DNA of 64,000 nt from Lachnospiraceae bacterium (GTDB lineage Bacteria > Bacillota > Clostridia > Lachnospirales > Lachnospiraceae). The stretch's first letter is position 1; each line of letters begins with the position of its first letter. Positions 14,337-25,753 of this stretch are shown in pieces. Both the position numbers and the translations under genes were made by a program. Under the pieces are notes generated by a model. It had not been told where the DNA came from. It did not search any database and saw nothing but the letters and a program-made list of their open reading frames with translations. Where the stretch lies: assembly GCA_017521985.1 (NCBI GenBank), contig JAFXAZ010000035.1, positions 625-64,624 of the forward strand, in the 5' to 3' direction.

Positions 14337-16667
14337 AGCATGCCAACTCCTAACCTCTATTTTTCCATACATCTCTACCATTATCGCCCCTTGCCTGCCT
14401 GTATACCACAATTCTGCGTTAATCTCATTCATTCGTGCCACAGCATCTGCATGGGGATGTCCGTAGGAATTGCCAACGCCATAGGAAAGAATAATATGCT
14501 CCGGCATGGAAGTCTGCAAAAATTCAGAGGAATTGGAATATTTAGAGCCATGGTGCGCTGCTTTCAGAACTGAAATATTGCTTCCTGTATCCAACATATT
14601 CAAGCTCTCAACCTTTAATGGATTCTGTGCATTATACTGAGTCTTCTCCTGCACCTCACTCAGTTTTTCCAGCAAAGTCGCCTCCTGCTCTGCGCCAATA
14701 TCCCCTGTCAGCAAAATTCCATGCCCTTGATATGTAAATAACAGCACCTGCGAATATCCATTGGCATCCTCTACATCCACACAGTGCTTAACCGGATGCA
14801 AAACCTCCAGCTCCAGTTCCCCCATTTGCAGACTGTCTCCTGCTCCTAGAGTTGTTACCGGTATATCCAAGGTTTCTGCAGAACGAAGCAGTTCTCCAAA
14901 CTCCTGCTCTAAAGCCTCCTTGCCAAGGGAAGGCAGCACAATCCGTCCTATTTTCACGTGACTATGCTCATATGTAGTAAGCCACTGTAAAATACCATTC
15001 ATGTGGTCCCCATCTGCATGGCTGATAAATACACCATCCACCTCGGAAATCCCATAGTATTTTAAGCAGGGCAAAAGTATATTATCCGCCACCTTACTTT
15101 CACTGGTACTTCCACAGTCTACCACATATGTCTCCTGCCCATACTGAAGCACGGTACAGTCTCCCTGCCCTACACTAAGGAAACGACAGGTCAGCCCGAA
15201 AACCGGTCTTATCATCAAAATGACAACCGCCGCCATCATTGCCCCACAGACCAAAAGCGAAACCCATTTCTTCTTTCCATGAAGCAGCAGGTATCCCCAT
15301 AAAAACAAACACACATAATAAAGCACTATCTGCCAGCCTGCCGGAGCCCCCAATACCAGACAATGGTACGGAAGCTTCTGACTTTGCAGGCATATTTGCT
15401 CGTAACCCCACAAAAGCCCCTGACACACATACACAAAAGGAAGCGCCACCACACTAACATCCCCTGGTGTTGCCAGCACGATTGCACCGAAACCTACTAT
15501 ATATGGCAAACATGGAAGTACCATAATATTAATTAGCATGCTATATATCGGATATTCGTAATAAAAATACAACTGTATCGGAAAGGTAGCCGCCAAAATC
15601 CCAATCCCCCCTGAAAATAACTTGCCAAACCATTTCACTATGGTAACTTTGTCTTTGCAAAGCTTTTCCACCAAGGGCGCTATCACAGTAACTCCCAGAA
15701 CTGCTCCAAAGGACAGCAAAAACCCGCTATAAAATACATATAGCGGCTGCTCCAATAGTAACAGCATGGCTGCAACGGATAATCCGGTCAGCCTGTCATA
15801 GGTTCTTCCTAAAAGCAAGGCAGACATTTGCATGGCAAACATACAAATAGCCCGAAAGGTAGCCGCCTGTGTGCCAATCATCGCGCCATACATTACTACA
15901 AGCAAAAGCCCTGCTACCGCCGCCGACTTCACAGGAACTTTGAGCCTTCGCAGCATGTTAAAACACCCCATCCCCAGCATGCTGATATGCAGTCCGGATA
16001 TGGTCAGAATATGCAAGATTCCTCCTTCTCTAAACAGGTCTTTTAATGCGTGATCTAAATCAGCCTTATCTCCCAAGAGTATAGTCTTCATAACACCAGC
16101 GTACTTCGGAGAAAAATAGGTATTGATTTTTTGTAGGAAATATTGTTTGAAATTATATAAAGATTGGGAAAAAAGAGTTTTTTCCTGGTTACACCAAATC
16201 ACTTCAGCATCCCATATTCCCCCACCTATGTCTTGTATGTGATAATAAAACTTACTATCAAACTGACCGGGATTTTGTGCTGACTCATAAGGCTGAAAAG
16301 AGCCCTTTACCCAGACACGTGAGCCTATAGGAATTTGTGAATTGGAAATATTGGAATAACAATAGATTTTGTCGTGCACATACGTTGTGCCGGAATTGTC
16401 TTTTGTATTTGAAACAGAATTGTTTTTATCAGAAAGGTAAGATGTTTGTACTGTACTGCTCTTTTCAAGAGAAACACCTTCCAGTAAATAAACAGTTTGT
16501 ATTTCTCCGTTGATTTCCTGTTCTTTTATAGATACGACCTGACCGTTTACATATACTGTTCTGCCCTTCCATGCACTATAATCCGGCAGGAGGGGCGGAA
16601 ACAGTGTGTAAAATACTCGAATAAACAGGATAAAGAGCAGGCAGGCGCACCCCAATGGCCGCTTCAT
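14316..16667 (-). CDS. comEC: DNA internalization competence protein ComEC/Rec2 (with metallo-beta-lactamase domain)
   Basis: Polytopic membrane core. C-terminal MBL motif FISHADGDHMNG ... AAHHGS. Confidence 0.9.
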   Translation of the reverse strand: MKRPLGCACLLFILFIRVFYTLFPPLLPDYSAWKGRTVYVNGQVVSIKEQEINGEIQTVYLLEGVSLEKSSTVQTSYLSDKNNSVSNTKDNSGTTYVHDKIYCYSNISNSQIPIGSRVWVKGSFQPYESAQNPGQFDSKFYYHIQDIGGGIWDAEVIWCNQEKTLFSQSLYNFKQYFLQKINTYFSPKYAGVMKTILLGDKADLDHALKDLFREGGILHILTISGLHISMLGMGCFNMLRRLKVPVKSAAVAGLLLVVMYGAMIGTQAATFRAICMFAMQMSALLLGRTYDRLTGLSVAAMLLLLEQPLYVFYSGFLLSFGAVLGVTVIAPLVEKLCKDKVTIVKWFGKLFSGGIGILAATFPIQLYFYYEYPIYSMLINIMVLPCLPYIVGFGAIVLATPGDVSVVALPFVYVCQGLLWGYEQICLQSQKLPYHCLVLGAPAGWQIVLYYVCLFLWGYLLLHGKKKWVSLLVCGAMMAAVVILMIRPVFGLTCRFLSVGQGDCTVLQYGQETYVVDCGSTSESKVADNILLPCLKYYGISEVDGVFISHADGDHMNGILQWLTTYEHSHVKIGRIVLPSLGKEALEQEFGELLRSAETLDIPVTTLGAGDSLQMGELELEVLHPVKHCVDVEDANGYSQVLLFTYQGHGILLTGDIGAEQEATLLEKLSEVQEKTQYNAQNPLKVESLNMLDTGSNISVLKAAHHGSKYSNSSEFLQTSMPEHIILSYGVGNSYGHPHADAVARMNEINAELWYTGRQGAIMVEMYGKIEVRSWHAPTEGGR

Positions 16668-16685
16668 GCCTCTCCTCCTAATAAG

Positions 16686-17615
16686 TTACTTAATATAATT
16701 TAAATCTCTGCTGAACACGGTAGTAAGCGGAATCACTTCTCGAAACATCACATCCGTACTGCCGGCTACCAATATCTGCACACGGTCAATGCCGGGCAGC
16801 TCGCACAAGGAATTTACGATGCTGTAAATAGCCACTTCTGCCTTCACTTCATAAACCTGCGTCAAAAACGTACTGTCAAAATTTACGTAGCAGGTATTAT
16901 CCTTTACCAGCGTACTGATTAATTTGGTGTCAGGATTGATAGTTGGATAAACGCCATGTGTGGTGGTACCCGGTCCTTTTAACAATTCTTCCACCACAAA
17001 CTTGTCCAAAGAAATATTGGTATTGTAAGCCTTGCTTCTATCTACAGCAATCAGCCCATCTCCGGCCTCATTTGCAAAATAAAGACGAATGGTAACCTTT
17101 TCATATGTACTGATTTCTTCACCGGCATTGTCAATGAACATATCCGCAGTCATAGCACCTATGGCTTTATCCAGACTATCACGCAGAGGTTCGCCGTCAA
17201 TATGAATCGTTACTGAATCAATTCCCTCAATCTGCGTAATGCTTTTTACCAGGGATGCACGTGTCAGAATCTCCATAAGTGTATTTAACTGCTTATATTC
17301 TTTAGAAAGATTGAGCACCAGTGAATTGTTGGTAATATTGGTGGTAAGTACTGTTATGCCCTGTGAAATCGGAACCTGATACTCCAGCTTTTTGGGTGCT
17401 GTAGCAAGCAAAGTCAATACTTCCTCTAACTGTGCCTCTACACTTTCTCCCAGCAAATAAACTTCCTTTTCCACAACTTTATTGTTCTGGGCACCAATAT
17501 AAGACATCATAATGGCTGTTCCTTCCGTTTCTTCCTCTTTACAGCCTGTTAACATGCCCAATAGCAAAAGCATCACAAACAACACACCAAATCGATATAG
17601 TTTGCATTTTTTCAT
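16686..17615 (-). CDS. GerMN-domain lipoprotein
   Basis: Lipobox LLGMLTGC. Two GerMN-like repeats (..VTIRLYFANEAGDGLIAVDR..). Confidence 0.7.
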   Translation of the reverse strand: MKKCKLYRFGVLFVMLLLLGMLTGCKEEETEGTAIMMSYIGAQNNKVVEKEVYLLGESVEAQLEEVLTLLATAPKKLEYQVPISQGITVLTTNITNNSLVLNLSKEYKQLNTLMEILTRASLVKSITQIEGIDSVTIHIDGEPLRDSLDKAIGAMTADMFIDNAGEEISTYEKVTIRLYFANEAGDGLIAVDRSKAYNTNISLDKFVVEELLKGPGTTTHGVYPTINPDTKLISTLVKDNTCYVNFDSTFLTQVYEVKAEVAIYSIVNSLCELPGIDRVQILVAGSTDVMFREVIPLTTVFSRDLNYIK

Positions 17616-17620
17616 CGTTC

Positions 17621-19117
17621 TTAACCCTTTTGATAAATAAGTGGAATTTTAACCGTAAATGTACTTCCTTCTCCCAAGGTACTGTCTAATGTAATCGTAC
17701 CTCTGTGCATCATAATAGCACTTCTGGTAATAGCAAGCCCCAGACCTGTACCACCGATTTCCCTGGAATGTGACTTATCTACACGGTAAAATCTCTCATA
17801 AATATGCTCTGTATCCTCTTTTGGAATACCGATTCCGGTGTCGCCTACCTCCACCCAGAAGCTTTTGTGGTCTGCATCCAAGGTAACCTTTACACTGCCA
17901 TGCTCCACATTATATTTGATCGCATTCTCAATCAGATTGGTAAACACAAGGTTCATTTTTACCTCATCTACCTCTGCTGTAACCGGGCGAATACACTCTA
18001 ACACCAGCTCCACGTCTTTTTTCCGTGCAAGTGGTCTTAAACGCTTCAAAATAAGCTCCAAAAGTTCTGCAATATCGATTTGCTCCACCACAAGCCCTGC
18101 CGCCTTTTTATCCATTTTAACCAAGGCTAATAAGTCGGTAATAATCTGATTTTCTCTATCAATTTCTACGGTAATGTCATGAAAAAATTCTTCATAAAGT
18201 TCCAGGGGAGCGCCACCCATTGACACAATGGAATCGGCCAAAACCTTCATGGAGGTAAGCGGTGTCTTTAATTCATGACTGACATTTGCCACAAATTCCT
18301 GTCTGGAATCATCCAACACCTTCATGCGTCCCATCAACTCGGTAAATGCATTAGAAATTTCCCTGGTTTCTACATAGGTATTTACAGGGGTAAATTCATC
18401 AAAGTAACCATCCTTAATACCACGGATGGACTTGCCCAGACGTTTAAACGGATTCACCAAAAATCTGGACAAAACAAATGCCGCCACTACCATAATAACC
18501 ATGGAAAAGCTAAGCAGCGTATATGCTCTGTGGCGCAACACCTCCAGCGTATCCACAATATTACTATTGGAAATACTGGCAAACATTACACCGGTAACCA
18601 TTTCCTTTTCTTCCAACCCGCGCTCTCCAAGTACCGTTACTTTGCGCTTAATCGGAGTCGTCATTTCGATATAACCATCCACCTTATCATATCGGGTAAT
18701 GCTTTCCCCCTCAAAGCACTTAATAATTTCCTCGGAAAGCATATACTTTCCTTGGCTGATAGAATACGTGTCCTTTACAATTTGGTAATTGCTGGAAATA
18801 ATCAACACGCGCCCTTCATATAAATTGGACAGCATTTCCAATTCTGCACTGATAACCTCAGAGTCCGGATTTTCAAGATAGTTATACGTAACCAAATGGT
18901 TCGCTAATACCTTCAACTGACTTTGTACCGTGTTGGCACGTATCTCTACTGCTTTTTGTTCGTAATTTTGCAAAATACCGGCATGAAGAATAATTGCCGG
19001 AACTACCCCCGCAATTAACATGATGATAAAAATACCGGTTCTAAGACTTATTAATGCCTTAAAAACCTGTTTATTTGCAAAGAAAATAATAACCGACCCC
19101 CCATTTCGTGTGTACAT
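17621..19117 (-). CDS. Sensor histidine kinase
   Basis: Two TM segments. H-box FVANVSHELKTPLTS. N and G boxes NLIENAIKYN and GDTGIGI...GGTGLGLAI. The start is ambiguous; ATG 19117 was chosen and overlaps the regulator gene. Confidence 0.85.
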   Translation of the reverse strand: MYTRNGGSVIIFFANKQVFKALISLRTGIFIIMLIAGVVPAIILHAGILQNYEQKAVEIRANTVQSQLKVLANHLVTYNYLENPDSEVISAELEMLSNLYEGRVLIISSNYQIVKDTYSISQGKYMLSEEIIKCFEGESITRYDKVDGYIEMTTPIKRKVTVLGERGLEEKEMVTGVMFASISNSNIVDTLEVLRHRAYTLLSFSMVIMVVAAFVLSRFLVNPFKRLGKSIRGIKDGYFDEFTPVNTYVETREISNAFTELMGRMKVLDDSRQEFVANVSHELKTPLTSMKVLADSIVSMGGAPLELYEEFFHDITVEIDRENQIITDLLALVKMDKKAAGLVVEQIDIAELLELILKRLRPLARKKDVELVLECIRPVTAEVDEVKMNLVFTNLIENAIKYNVEHGSVKVTLDADHKSFWVEVGDTGIGIPKEDTEHIYERFYRVDKSHSREIGGTGLGLAITRSAIMMHRGTITLDSTLGEGSTFTVKIPLIYQKG

Positions 19118-19763
19118 ACTTCGGCTCACTTGGATTTCTCTCAATCTTTTCACGAAGACGTCGAATATGTACATCCACCGTTCTCACATCGCCCGGATAA
19201 TCTGCCCCCCAGATTAATGTGAGCAGCTTTTCACGGCTGTATATTTTGTTGGGATTTAAGACCAAAAGCTCCATAAGTTCATATTCCTTGGCCGTCAAAT
19301 TCATTTCCTGACCTAAAATATAGCAACGTCGACCGCTCTTTTCCAAACGCACATCACCATTTTCAATAACATCCTCGCTCTGAACCTTCACTTCTTTGTG
19401 AGAGGTGCGGCGCATGATAGCTTTCATACGCGCCTTTACCTCCAGGATATTGAAAGGCTTGGTAATATAATCGTCGGCACCATATTCCAGACCCAGGATT
19501 TTGTCCATGTCATCGCCCTTTGCGGTAAGCATTAAAATCGGCACCTGTGAAAATTCACGAATCTGCTGGCAGACATCAAAGCCACCTAATTTCGGCAGCA
19601 TAACATCCAATAAAATGATGTCATACTCCTTGGACTTTGCCATATCCAATGCTTCTTCCCCATCATATGCAGCATCCACTTCCATACCTTCCTGCTCCAA
19701 ACTAAAACGGATACCTTTTACGATTAACTTCTCGTCGTCTACTACTAATACCTTTCTTGCCAT
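19071..19763 (-). CDS. OmpR/PhoB-family response regulator
   Basis: Receiver domain VLVVDDE...DIILLDVMLP...LTAKG. Winged-helix C-terminus ...VDVHIRRLREKIE...VHTKWGVGY. Confidence 0.9.
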   Translation of the reverse strand: MARKVLVVDDEKLIVKGIRFSLEQEGMEVDAAYDGEEALDMAKSKEYDIILLDVMLPKLGGFDVCQQIREFSQVPILMLTAKGDDMDKILGLEYGADDYITKPFNILEVKARMKAIMRRTSHKEVKVQSEDVIENGDVRLEKSGRRCYILGQEMNLTAKEYELMELLVLNPNKIYSREKLLTLIWGADYPGDVRTVDVHIRRLREKIERNPSEPKYVHTKWGVGYYFLCK

Positions 19764-19771
19764 ATAAACTC

Positions 19772-20368
19772 CTACTCTATGTAAATACTTTCTTTTATCT
19801 GATTGAAGAGACTGTCTCCAATCCCCGTAACTTCTTTTAACTGCTCTATACTGCTGAAGACACCAATCTCGGTACGATATGCAAGAATTGCCTCTGCCTT
19901 AGCTTCTCCGATTCCACTCAAGGTACATAGCTCTGCCACAGACGCCGTGTTAAGATTCACAAGTCCTGCCTCCTGTCGGAACACCTCTGTCCTTTGTGCC
20001 TCTGCTTCTGCGATCGTCGGAACTATAATCTGCATACCATCCTCTAGACGCTTTGCCAGATTCACTGCCTCTGTGGCAGCGTCCGGCAAAAAACCGCCTG
20101 CTGCCTCTACAGCGGACACAATACGGCTGCCTAATTCCAGTTCATATACACCGGGTCTTAACACTGCTCCGCATATATACACACATAGAACCTGCTCCGG
20201 CATAGTTGATAAATCGTCTATACCGGCTATGTCTGTCTCTGTTTCTTCGCCTGTGTGCATTATCGTCAGTGCTTCTTCTAAAGATACACTTCCTGCCTTT
20301 CCACAGCCTGAAACTACCATCATACTTCCAAACAGCAATAGACACCAAATTTTTATTTTATAAAACAT
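19772..20368 (-). CDS. comEA: Competence protein ComEA (SLBB + helix-hairpin-helix DNA receptor)
   Basis: N-terminal anchor. Sequence YICGAVLRPGVYEL..., then LNTASVAELCTLSGIGEAKAEAILAYR...LKEVTGIG. Confidence 0.85.
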   Translation of the reverse strand: MFYKIKIWCLLLFGSMMVVSGCGKAGSVSLEEALTIMHTGEETETDIAGIDDLSTMPEQVLCVYICGAVLRPGVYELELGSRIVSAVEAAGGFLPDAATEAVNLAKRLEDGMQIIVPTIAEAEAQRTEVFRQEAGLVNLNTASVAELCTLSGIGEAKAEAILAYRTEIGVFSSIEQLKEVTGIGDSLFNQIKESIYIE

Positions 20369-20477
20369 GTATCATCCCTTCCGGGTCAGCCTCTTATATG
20401 ATACATCTTACATTTTATGCTAAAAAACTCACAAGTGCAAGTGTTTGTTCAAAAGCATATCTTAAGAAATTTTAAAT

Positions 20478-20909
20478 TTATTTCCACTTAAAAATAATAA
20501 TCCCAACAATTGCAATTCCCATGCCCAAAATCTTACGCCAGGAAAAGCCGGTTTTCTCTACGCCAAACATACCAAATACTTCAATCAAGTATGCTACAAT
20601 TAACTGAGAAATTACAATTAACATAGCTGCTTTGGCAGGTCCTAAGCTGGACATGCTCTGAACAACCGTATACGTAATAAAGGCTCCTATAGCACCACCT
20701 AACAGCATGTATTTGGGTTCCACACTAAACACGCGCATAAGGGAACCTCTCTCAAACATTGCCCATGCTCCAAGACATACAAGCAATGCGGAAAACTGCA
20801 CAAAGGCTGCCGCCGCCCAAATACCGCTTGCTTTTGTAACCTGGGTGTTAAATACACCCTGCACACTCATCAGTGCCCCCGAAATAATCGCAATCAAAAA
20901 TCCAATCAT
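20478..20909 (-). CDS. Small DMT-superfamily membrane protein (DUF606/YdcZ-like)
   Basis: 143 aa with about 5 TM helices. Sequence resembles half-size DMT transporters. Confidence 0.55.
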   Translation of the reverse strand: MIGFLIAIISGALMSVQGVFNTQVTKASGIWAAAAFVQFSALLVCLGAWAMFERGSLMRVFSVEPKYMLLGGAIGAFITYTVVQSMSSLGPAKAAMLIVISQLIVAYLIEVFGMFGVEKTGFSWRKILGMGIAIVGIIIFKWK

Positions 20910-20974
20910 CCTAGTATGACCTCACTTTCCTTCTCTTTAGTCATATCCATTCTGATTGGATTTTAGTACACTTA

Positions 20975-22357
20975 TTATTGCGGAATCTGATTTTTTAATT
21001 GATTTTCTATTTCTTCCAACGTAGCTTGCGGATCTGCGCCGTCCCAAATTTGATTAAATGCATTTTCCAAAAGCATCCAGAAATTACGGGTAGCCATATA
21101 TGGGGGAACCGTTGCAGATTCTGCATATTCTGACTTAAATACCTTTTCCATATTGGTAGTTGTCTTTGCATAAATACTTGCCGGAATATAACCGGTCCTT
21201 TCGTACAACTGGTCAATAGCAGTATGCTCCATGGTTAAAAACTGTGCAAAATCATTGGTGGTCTCCGGATAATTGGTATAACCATTTACCACCACTACAT
21301 TGGTAACGGAAAGAGGACGTCCTTCGTATACCATGACATTTTCCGTTTGTGCTTCCTCCTCCTGTAGAATTTTGCCCGGATCCGGAGTTCGTGCATAGTC
21401 ATATTCAAAGCTTATCAGCCCCTCTTTATTGGCATTCTCCAGCTTCAAGGCAGATTCGCTGTCTAAAATCGTAAACAGCACCTTACCTTCCATAAACTCC
21501 TGCAAAATGCTCTCTGTGGAAACGGTTTCCGCATCCATATAGAAATACTCCGTAACATTTTTAAAAATTTCCATACACGCTGCAGTATTTTCATTGTATA
21601 TATCAATTTCCTTATCCGTTAAAGCAGCATATTCGCCAAGATAAAAATAATTAAAGAAAATATCGTTAATATTCCACTTAAAGACCGTTTCCAACCCCTC
21701 AGGAGCTTCCAAGTTATTGGATAACGTAATCAGTTCATCAATGGTCTCCGGAATCATTACATTTACCAATCTGGCAATATCTTCTTCCGGCACCACAATG
21801 GACTCCGGATTTTTCACCCCTTCTGCTTCTGCCTGAATCCGGAATTGGTCCCAAGCAACGGTTTCCAACATCGTTTTATTATATACAAGCGTACTGGTAT
21901 CAAAATAAAACGGATAACCTAACAAAGTATCCTCATAAGAGGCTGCTTCCACTGCCACGTTGGGAAAAGCATGTCTTACTTTATCCTCCGCCTCTACCGG
22001 CATGGTAAGCCCTGCAAGATATGCCTTTTCCATAGCATCGCTGGTAATAACGTACATATCCGGATACTCTTCTCCCTGAATGGATGCCTGATAAATTTTT
22101 TCCAGGTATTCACTGGCTGACACCAGCTTCGGAACCACATTGGCTCCCCGATGCAGCTGATTATAAACACTTGCCACATTATTATAGTAATTGGTTAACA
22201 AATCGTTGGTATACCAAAAATGAACCGTCCCTGTTTCCTGACGCTCCATCAGCTTATGATAGCCCATACCATTCAATCCAATATAACTTGCGGCACCTAC
22301 AAAAAGTGCAGATGCTGCCAGTAACCCCCCTATAATTTTATGCTGCAATTTCTTCAT
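20975..22357 (-). CDS. Membrane-anchored extracellular solute-binding-like protein
   Basis: N-terminal TM anchor followed by an SBP family-1-like fold (..HFWYTNDLL..). No adjacent permease or ATPase genes. Lies directly downstream of argD. Confidence 0.45.
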   Translation of the reverse strand: MKKLQHKIIGGLLAASALFVGAASYIGLNGMGYHKLMERQETGTVHFWYTNDLLTNYYNNVASVYNQLHRGANVVPKLVSASEYLEKIYQASIQGEEYPDMYVITSDAMEKAYLAGLTMPVEAEDKVRHAFPNVAVEAASYEDTLLGYPFYFDTSTLVYNKTMLETVAWDQFRIQAEAEGVKNPESIVVPEEDIARLVNVMIPETIDELITLSNNLEAPEGLETVFKWNINDIFFNYFYLGEYAALTDKEIDIYNENTAACMEIFKNVTEYFYMDAETVSTESILQEFMEGKVLFTILDSESALKLENANKEGLISFEYDYARTPDPGKILQEEEAQTENVMVYEGRPLSVTNVVVVNGYTNYPETTNDFAQFLTMEHTAIDQLYERTGYIPASIYAKTTTNMEKVFKSEYAESATVPPYMATRNFWMLLENAFNQIWDGADPQATLEEIENQLKNQIPQ

Positions 22358-22369
22358 GTACATTAACTC

Positions 22370-23560
22370 CTAACATTCCTGAAGACATTCATCCAAAAGA
22401 CTAATCATGCAGTCTACGTTCTCTTTGGAAATTACCAAAGGCGGAACAAAACGAATAATATTGGTACCTGCATTAATCAGAATAAGCCCTTTTTCCAGTG
22501 CTTTGTTGATAACAGGACCAACCGGACAGGTAAATACAAGGCCACGCATAAGTCCCATGCCTCTCTGACATTGGATGAAGTCATACTTCTCAACTAATTT
22601 ATTTAACTTCTCTTCTAAGTATGGAGCAATCCCCCTTACATTGTCAAGTATCTTCTCCTCCCCAAAAATATCCAATACTTTGGAAATGGCAGCACATGCC
22701 AGTGGATTTCCGCCATAGGTGGTGCCATGATCCCCTGCCACAAGACTCTTTTCAGCCACCTTTTCCGTCATGGCAAAAGCACCTACCGGTACACCATTGC
22801 CGATTGCCTTGGCCGTAGTCATAATATCCGGCATCACCCCATACTGTTCATATGCATACATACTGCCGGTACGACCCATACCACACTGAATTTCATCTAA
22901 AATCAGTAAAATACCTTTTTCGTCACAAAGAGCACGTACTTTCTGCAAAAAATCCGGTTCGGCCGGATAAATGCCGCCTTCTCCTTGAACCGTCTCCATA
23001 ATAATAGCACAGGTTTTGTCCGTCACCTGACTAAGCACACTGTCAAAATCGTTAAAGGTTGCAAATTTTATATTACCTATTAATGGCTCAAAGGCCTCAC
23101 GGTAATGTGGATTACCGGTTACGGAAAGGGCTCCCATGGTACGTCCGTGGAAGGAATGCTCCATGGCAATGATTTCATGGTCTGTAGTGCCGTCCATGGT
23201 GTAAGCGTATTTTCTGGCTGCCTTTAAGGCGCCTTCTACTGCTTCTGCTCCGGAATTAGTAAAGAACACCCTGTCCATACCGGTTGCTTTCTTCATTTTG
23301 CGGGCTGCTTCGATTGCAGGTACATTGTAATAATAATTGGAGGTGTGAGTCAACTTATCAATCTGGGCTTTTAACACATCATTAAAGCCTTTATGCCCAT
23401 AACCAAGTGCAAATACTGCAATACCTGCACAAAAGTCCAAATATTCCTTGCCCTCGATGTCGTACAAATGCACGCCCTCACCACGGTCTAACACAATCTG
23501 ATATCGATTATATGTGTGAAGCAGGTCTTTTTCCGCCTGTTCAATATATTCCTTCATCAT
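22370..23560 (-). CDS. argD: Acetylornithine aminotransferase
   Basis: Class-III aminotransferase motifs: [44 protein letters not shown] (PLP Lys). Confidence 0.9.
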   Translation of the reverse strand: MMKEYIEQAEKDLLHTYNRYQIVLDRGEGVHLYDIEGKEYLDFCAGIAVFALGYGHKGFNDVLKAQIDKLTHTSNYYYNVPAIEAARKMKKATGMDRVFFTNSGAEAVEGALKAARKYAYTMDGTTDHEIIAMEHSFHGRTMGALSVTGNPHYREAFEPLIGNIKFATFNDFDSVLSQVTDKTCAIIMETVQGEGGIYPAEPDFLQKVRALCDEKGILLILDEIQCGMGRTGSMYAYEQYGVMPDIMTTAKAIGNGVPVGAFAMTEKVAEKSLVAGDHGTTYGGNPLACAAISKVLDIFGEEKILDNVRGIAPYLEEKLNKLVEKYDFIQCQRGMGLMRGLVFTCPVGPVINKALEKGLILINAGTNIIRFVPPLVISKENVDCMISLLDECLQEC

Positions 23561-24444
23561 AGCATATGCTCCTTTTCATGGTCTGCCACAATAGCAGTAC
23601 CAACACCTTTATTGGTAAATACTTCTAACAAAAGGCTATGTGGGGTACGTCCATCTAAAATATGTACACGATTTACACCATTTCGAATCGCATCGGTACA
23701 ATTTCCAAGCTTTGGTAACATACCACCGCCAATCATGCCGCTGTCAATCAATTCCTGGGCCTCTGTTGCAGTCAGTCTGGAAATAAAGGTACTCTTATCA
23801 CTAAAGTCTCTGTAAAGACCTTCAATATCCGTTAAAAATGCAAGTTTTTCTGCACCAACTGCCTTTGCAATGGCACATGCTGCATCATCTGCATTGATAT
23901 TGTAGGTTTGGAATGCATCGTCGAGACCAATTGGTGCGATAATCGGAAGGAAATCCTTCTCCAACAAATCATAAAGAATCTTTGGATTTACATCGGTAAT
24001 ATTACCTACAAAACCGATATCCTCACCGCCTGCAAATTTTTTTTCTACCTTTAAAAGACCGCCGTCTTTTCCGCTGACACCAATGGCCTGCACGCCCAGT
24101 TCTTCCACCATAGTAACCAAACGCTTATTTACTTTATTTAACACCATTTCTGCAATTTCCATGGTATCTGCATCGGTTACACGAAGACCATTTACAAAGC
24201 GAGCCTCCATGCCAACCTTTTCCACCCACTTGCTGATTTCCTTACCGCCGCCGTGTACAATAATCGGTTTAAAACCAACTAATTTTAACAGCACCACGTC
24301 TTTAATAACGTTTTTCTGCAGTTCTTCGTTGCTCATAGCAGAACCACCGTACTTTACCACCACAATTTTACGGTTAAATTTCTGAATATATGGTAAGGCT
24401 TCAATTAAGACGCCTGCCTTTTCTAATGCACTTAAATGTTCCAT
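23557..24444 (-). CDS. argB: Acetylglutamate kinase
   Basis: VVKYGGSAM...IVHGGG...NINADDAA. Overlaps the argD start by 4 nt. Confidence 0.9.
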   Translation of the reverse strand: MEHLSALEKAGVLIEALPYIQKFNRKIVVVKYGGSAMSNEELQKNVIKDVVLLKLVGFKPIIVHGGGKEISKWVEKVGMEARFVNGLRVTDADTMEIAEMVLNKVNKRLVTMVEELGVQAIGVSGKDGGLLKVEKKFAGGEDIGFVGNITDVNPKILYDLLEKDFLPIIAPIGLDDAFQTYNINADDAACAIAKAVGAEKLAFLTDIEGLYRDFSDKSTFISRLTATEAQELIDSGMIGGGMLPKLGNCTDAIRNGVNRVHILDGRTPHSLLLEVFTNKGVGTAIVADHEKEHML

Positions 24445-24497
24445 CTTTGTACCTCGTTGATATGCTTTACTTTTTGTTTCAAAATCTTACTTACGTA

Positions 24498-25721
24498 TTA
24501 TGAACGATAATCCGCATTAATTTTTACATAATCATATGTCAAATCGCAGCCCCATGCAGTAGCTGTTTCGCTGCCCATCTTCATGTCTACCACCACAGTC
24601 ACTTCCGGCTCAGACAAAATCTTGGTTGCCTCTTCTTCGCTGTAATCGGTCCCACAGCCATCCTTGTAAATCTGAATGCGTCCTGCCTTGGACTGGAAGA
24701 ACAACTCAATCACTTCCGGGTCAAACTGTACACCGGAATAACCCAGCGCACATAAAATACGTCCCCAGTTTGCATCATGTCCATAAATCGCAGCCTTCGT
24801 CAAAGAGGAGCAAATAACGCTTTTTGCAAGAACTCTTGCATTTTCTTTTGTATCTGCATTCATAACGATGGTTTCGAACAGGGCTGTTGCACCTTCCCCG
24901 TCACCTGCCATTTTCTTAGCCAGCGTCTCATTTACAAAATGAAGTGCTTCTACAAACTTATCATATGCTTCGCCCTTTTCGGTAATCTCCGCGTTACCTG
25001 CCATGCCATTTGCCAGTACCAGCAGGGTATCATTAGTAGAGGTATCCCCATCTACGGAAATCATATTGAAGGTGTCTACTACGTCTGCCTTTACTGCCTC
25101 TGTCAAGAGTTCCTTGCTGATTGCAATATCGGTAGTCACAAAGCCAAGCATAGTACACATATTTGGATGAATCATGCCGGAGCCTTTGCACATACCGCCA
25201 ACAGTCACAGTCACACCATCCACATCAAATTGTACCGCCACTTCCTTAGAAACAGTATCTGTGGTCATAATTGCCTTTGCCGCCTGATGTCCGGCTTCCA
25301 AAGTACCTTCCTTTGCCTCTGCCAGCTTTACCACGCCTGCTTTTAACTTGTCCATTTTAAGCTGCATACCGATAACGCCGGTAGATGCCACCAATACGCT
25401 TTCCTTTGGAATATGTAATGCTTCGCTGACAGCCTCTGCAGTTTCCAGACAATATCCATAACCGATTTTACCGGTGCATGCATTGGCAATACCGGAGTTT
25501 ACTACAACCGCCTGTGCGTATGGGCTGTTCTCTACTACTTCCATATCCCACAAAACAGGGGCAGCCTTTACCACGTTCGTCGTAAACGTACCTGCCGCTT
25601 TACAAGGCACGGTACTGTATACCAGCGCCATATCCAATCTGTTTTGGTACTTAATGCCGGCTTCTACACCGGCTGCTTCAAAGCCTTTTGCTGCGGTTAC
25701 ACCGCCTGTAATTTTTTTCAT
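24498..25721 (-). CDS. argJ: Bifunctional ornithine acetyltransferase / N-acetylglutamate synthase
   Basis: MKKITGGVTAAKGF... and the autoproteolytic site region ...MLGFVTTD (ATML-type). Confidence 0.9.
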   Translation of the reverse strand: MKKITGGVTAAKGFEAAGVEAGIKYQNRLDMALVYSTVPCKAAGTFTTNVVKAAPVLWDMEVVENSPYAQAVVVNSGIANACTGKIGYGYCLETAEAVSEALHIPKESVLVASTGVIGMQLKMDKLKAGVVKLAEAKEGTLEAGHQAAKAIMTTDTVSKEVAVQFDVDGVTVTVGGMCKGSGMIHPNMCTMLGFVTTDIAISKELLTEAVKADVVDTFNMISVDGDTSTNDTLLVLANGMAGNAEITEKGEAYDKFVEALHFVNETLAKKMAGDGEGATALFETIVMNADTKENARVLAKSVICSSLTKAAIYGHDANWGRILCALGYSGVQFDPEVIELFFQSKAGRIQIYKDGCGTDYSEEEATKILSEPEVTVVVDMKMGSETATAWGCDLTYDYVKINADYRS

Positions 25722-25753
25722 AATGCTTCTCCTCATAAATATATGTATCATCC

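Noticed and set aside
19803-20363. 186-aa plus-strand ORF opposite comEA
   Set aside because: It is antisense to a gene with clear ComEA motifs. It is Ser/Ala/Pro-rich, typical of a spurious reverse-frame ORF.
20975-22357. ABC transporter operon
   Set aside because: Only a solute-binding-like protein is present. No permease or ATPase genes are adjacent, so no transporter system is called.
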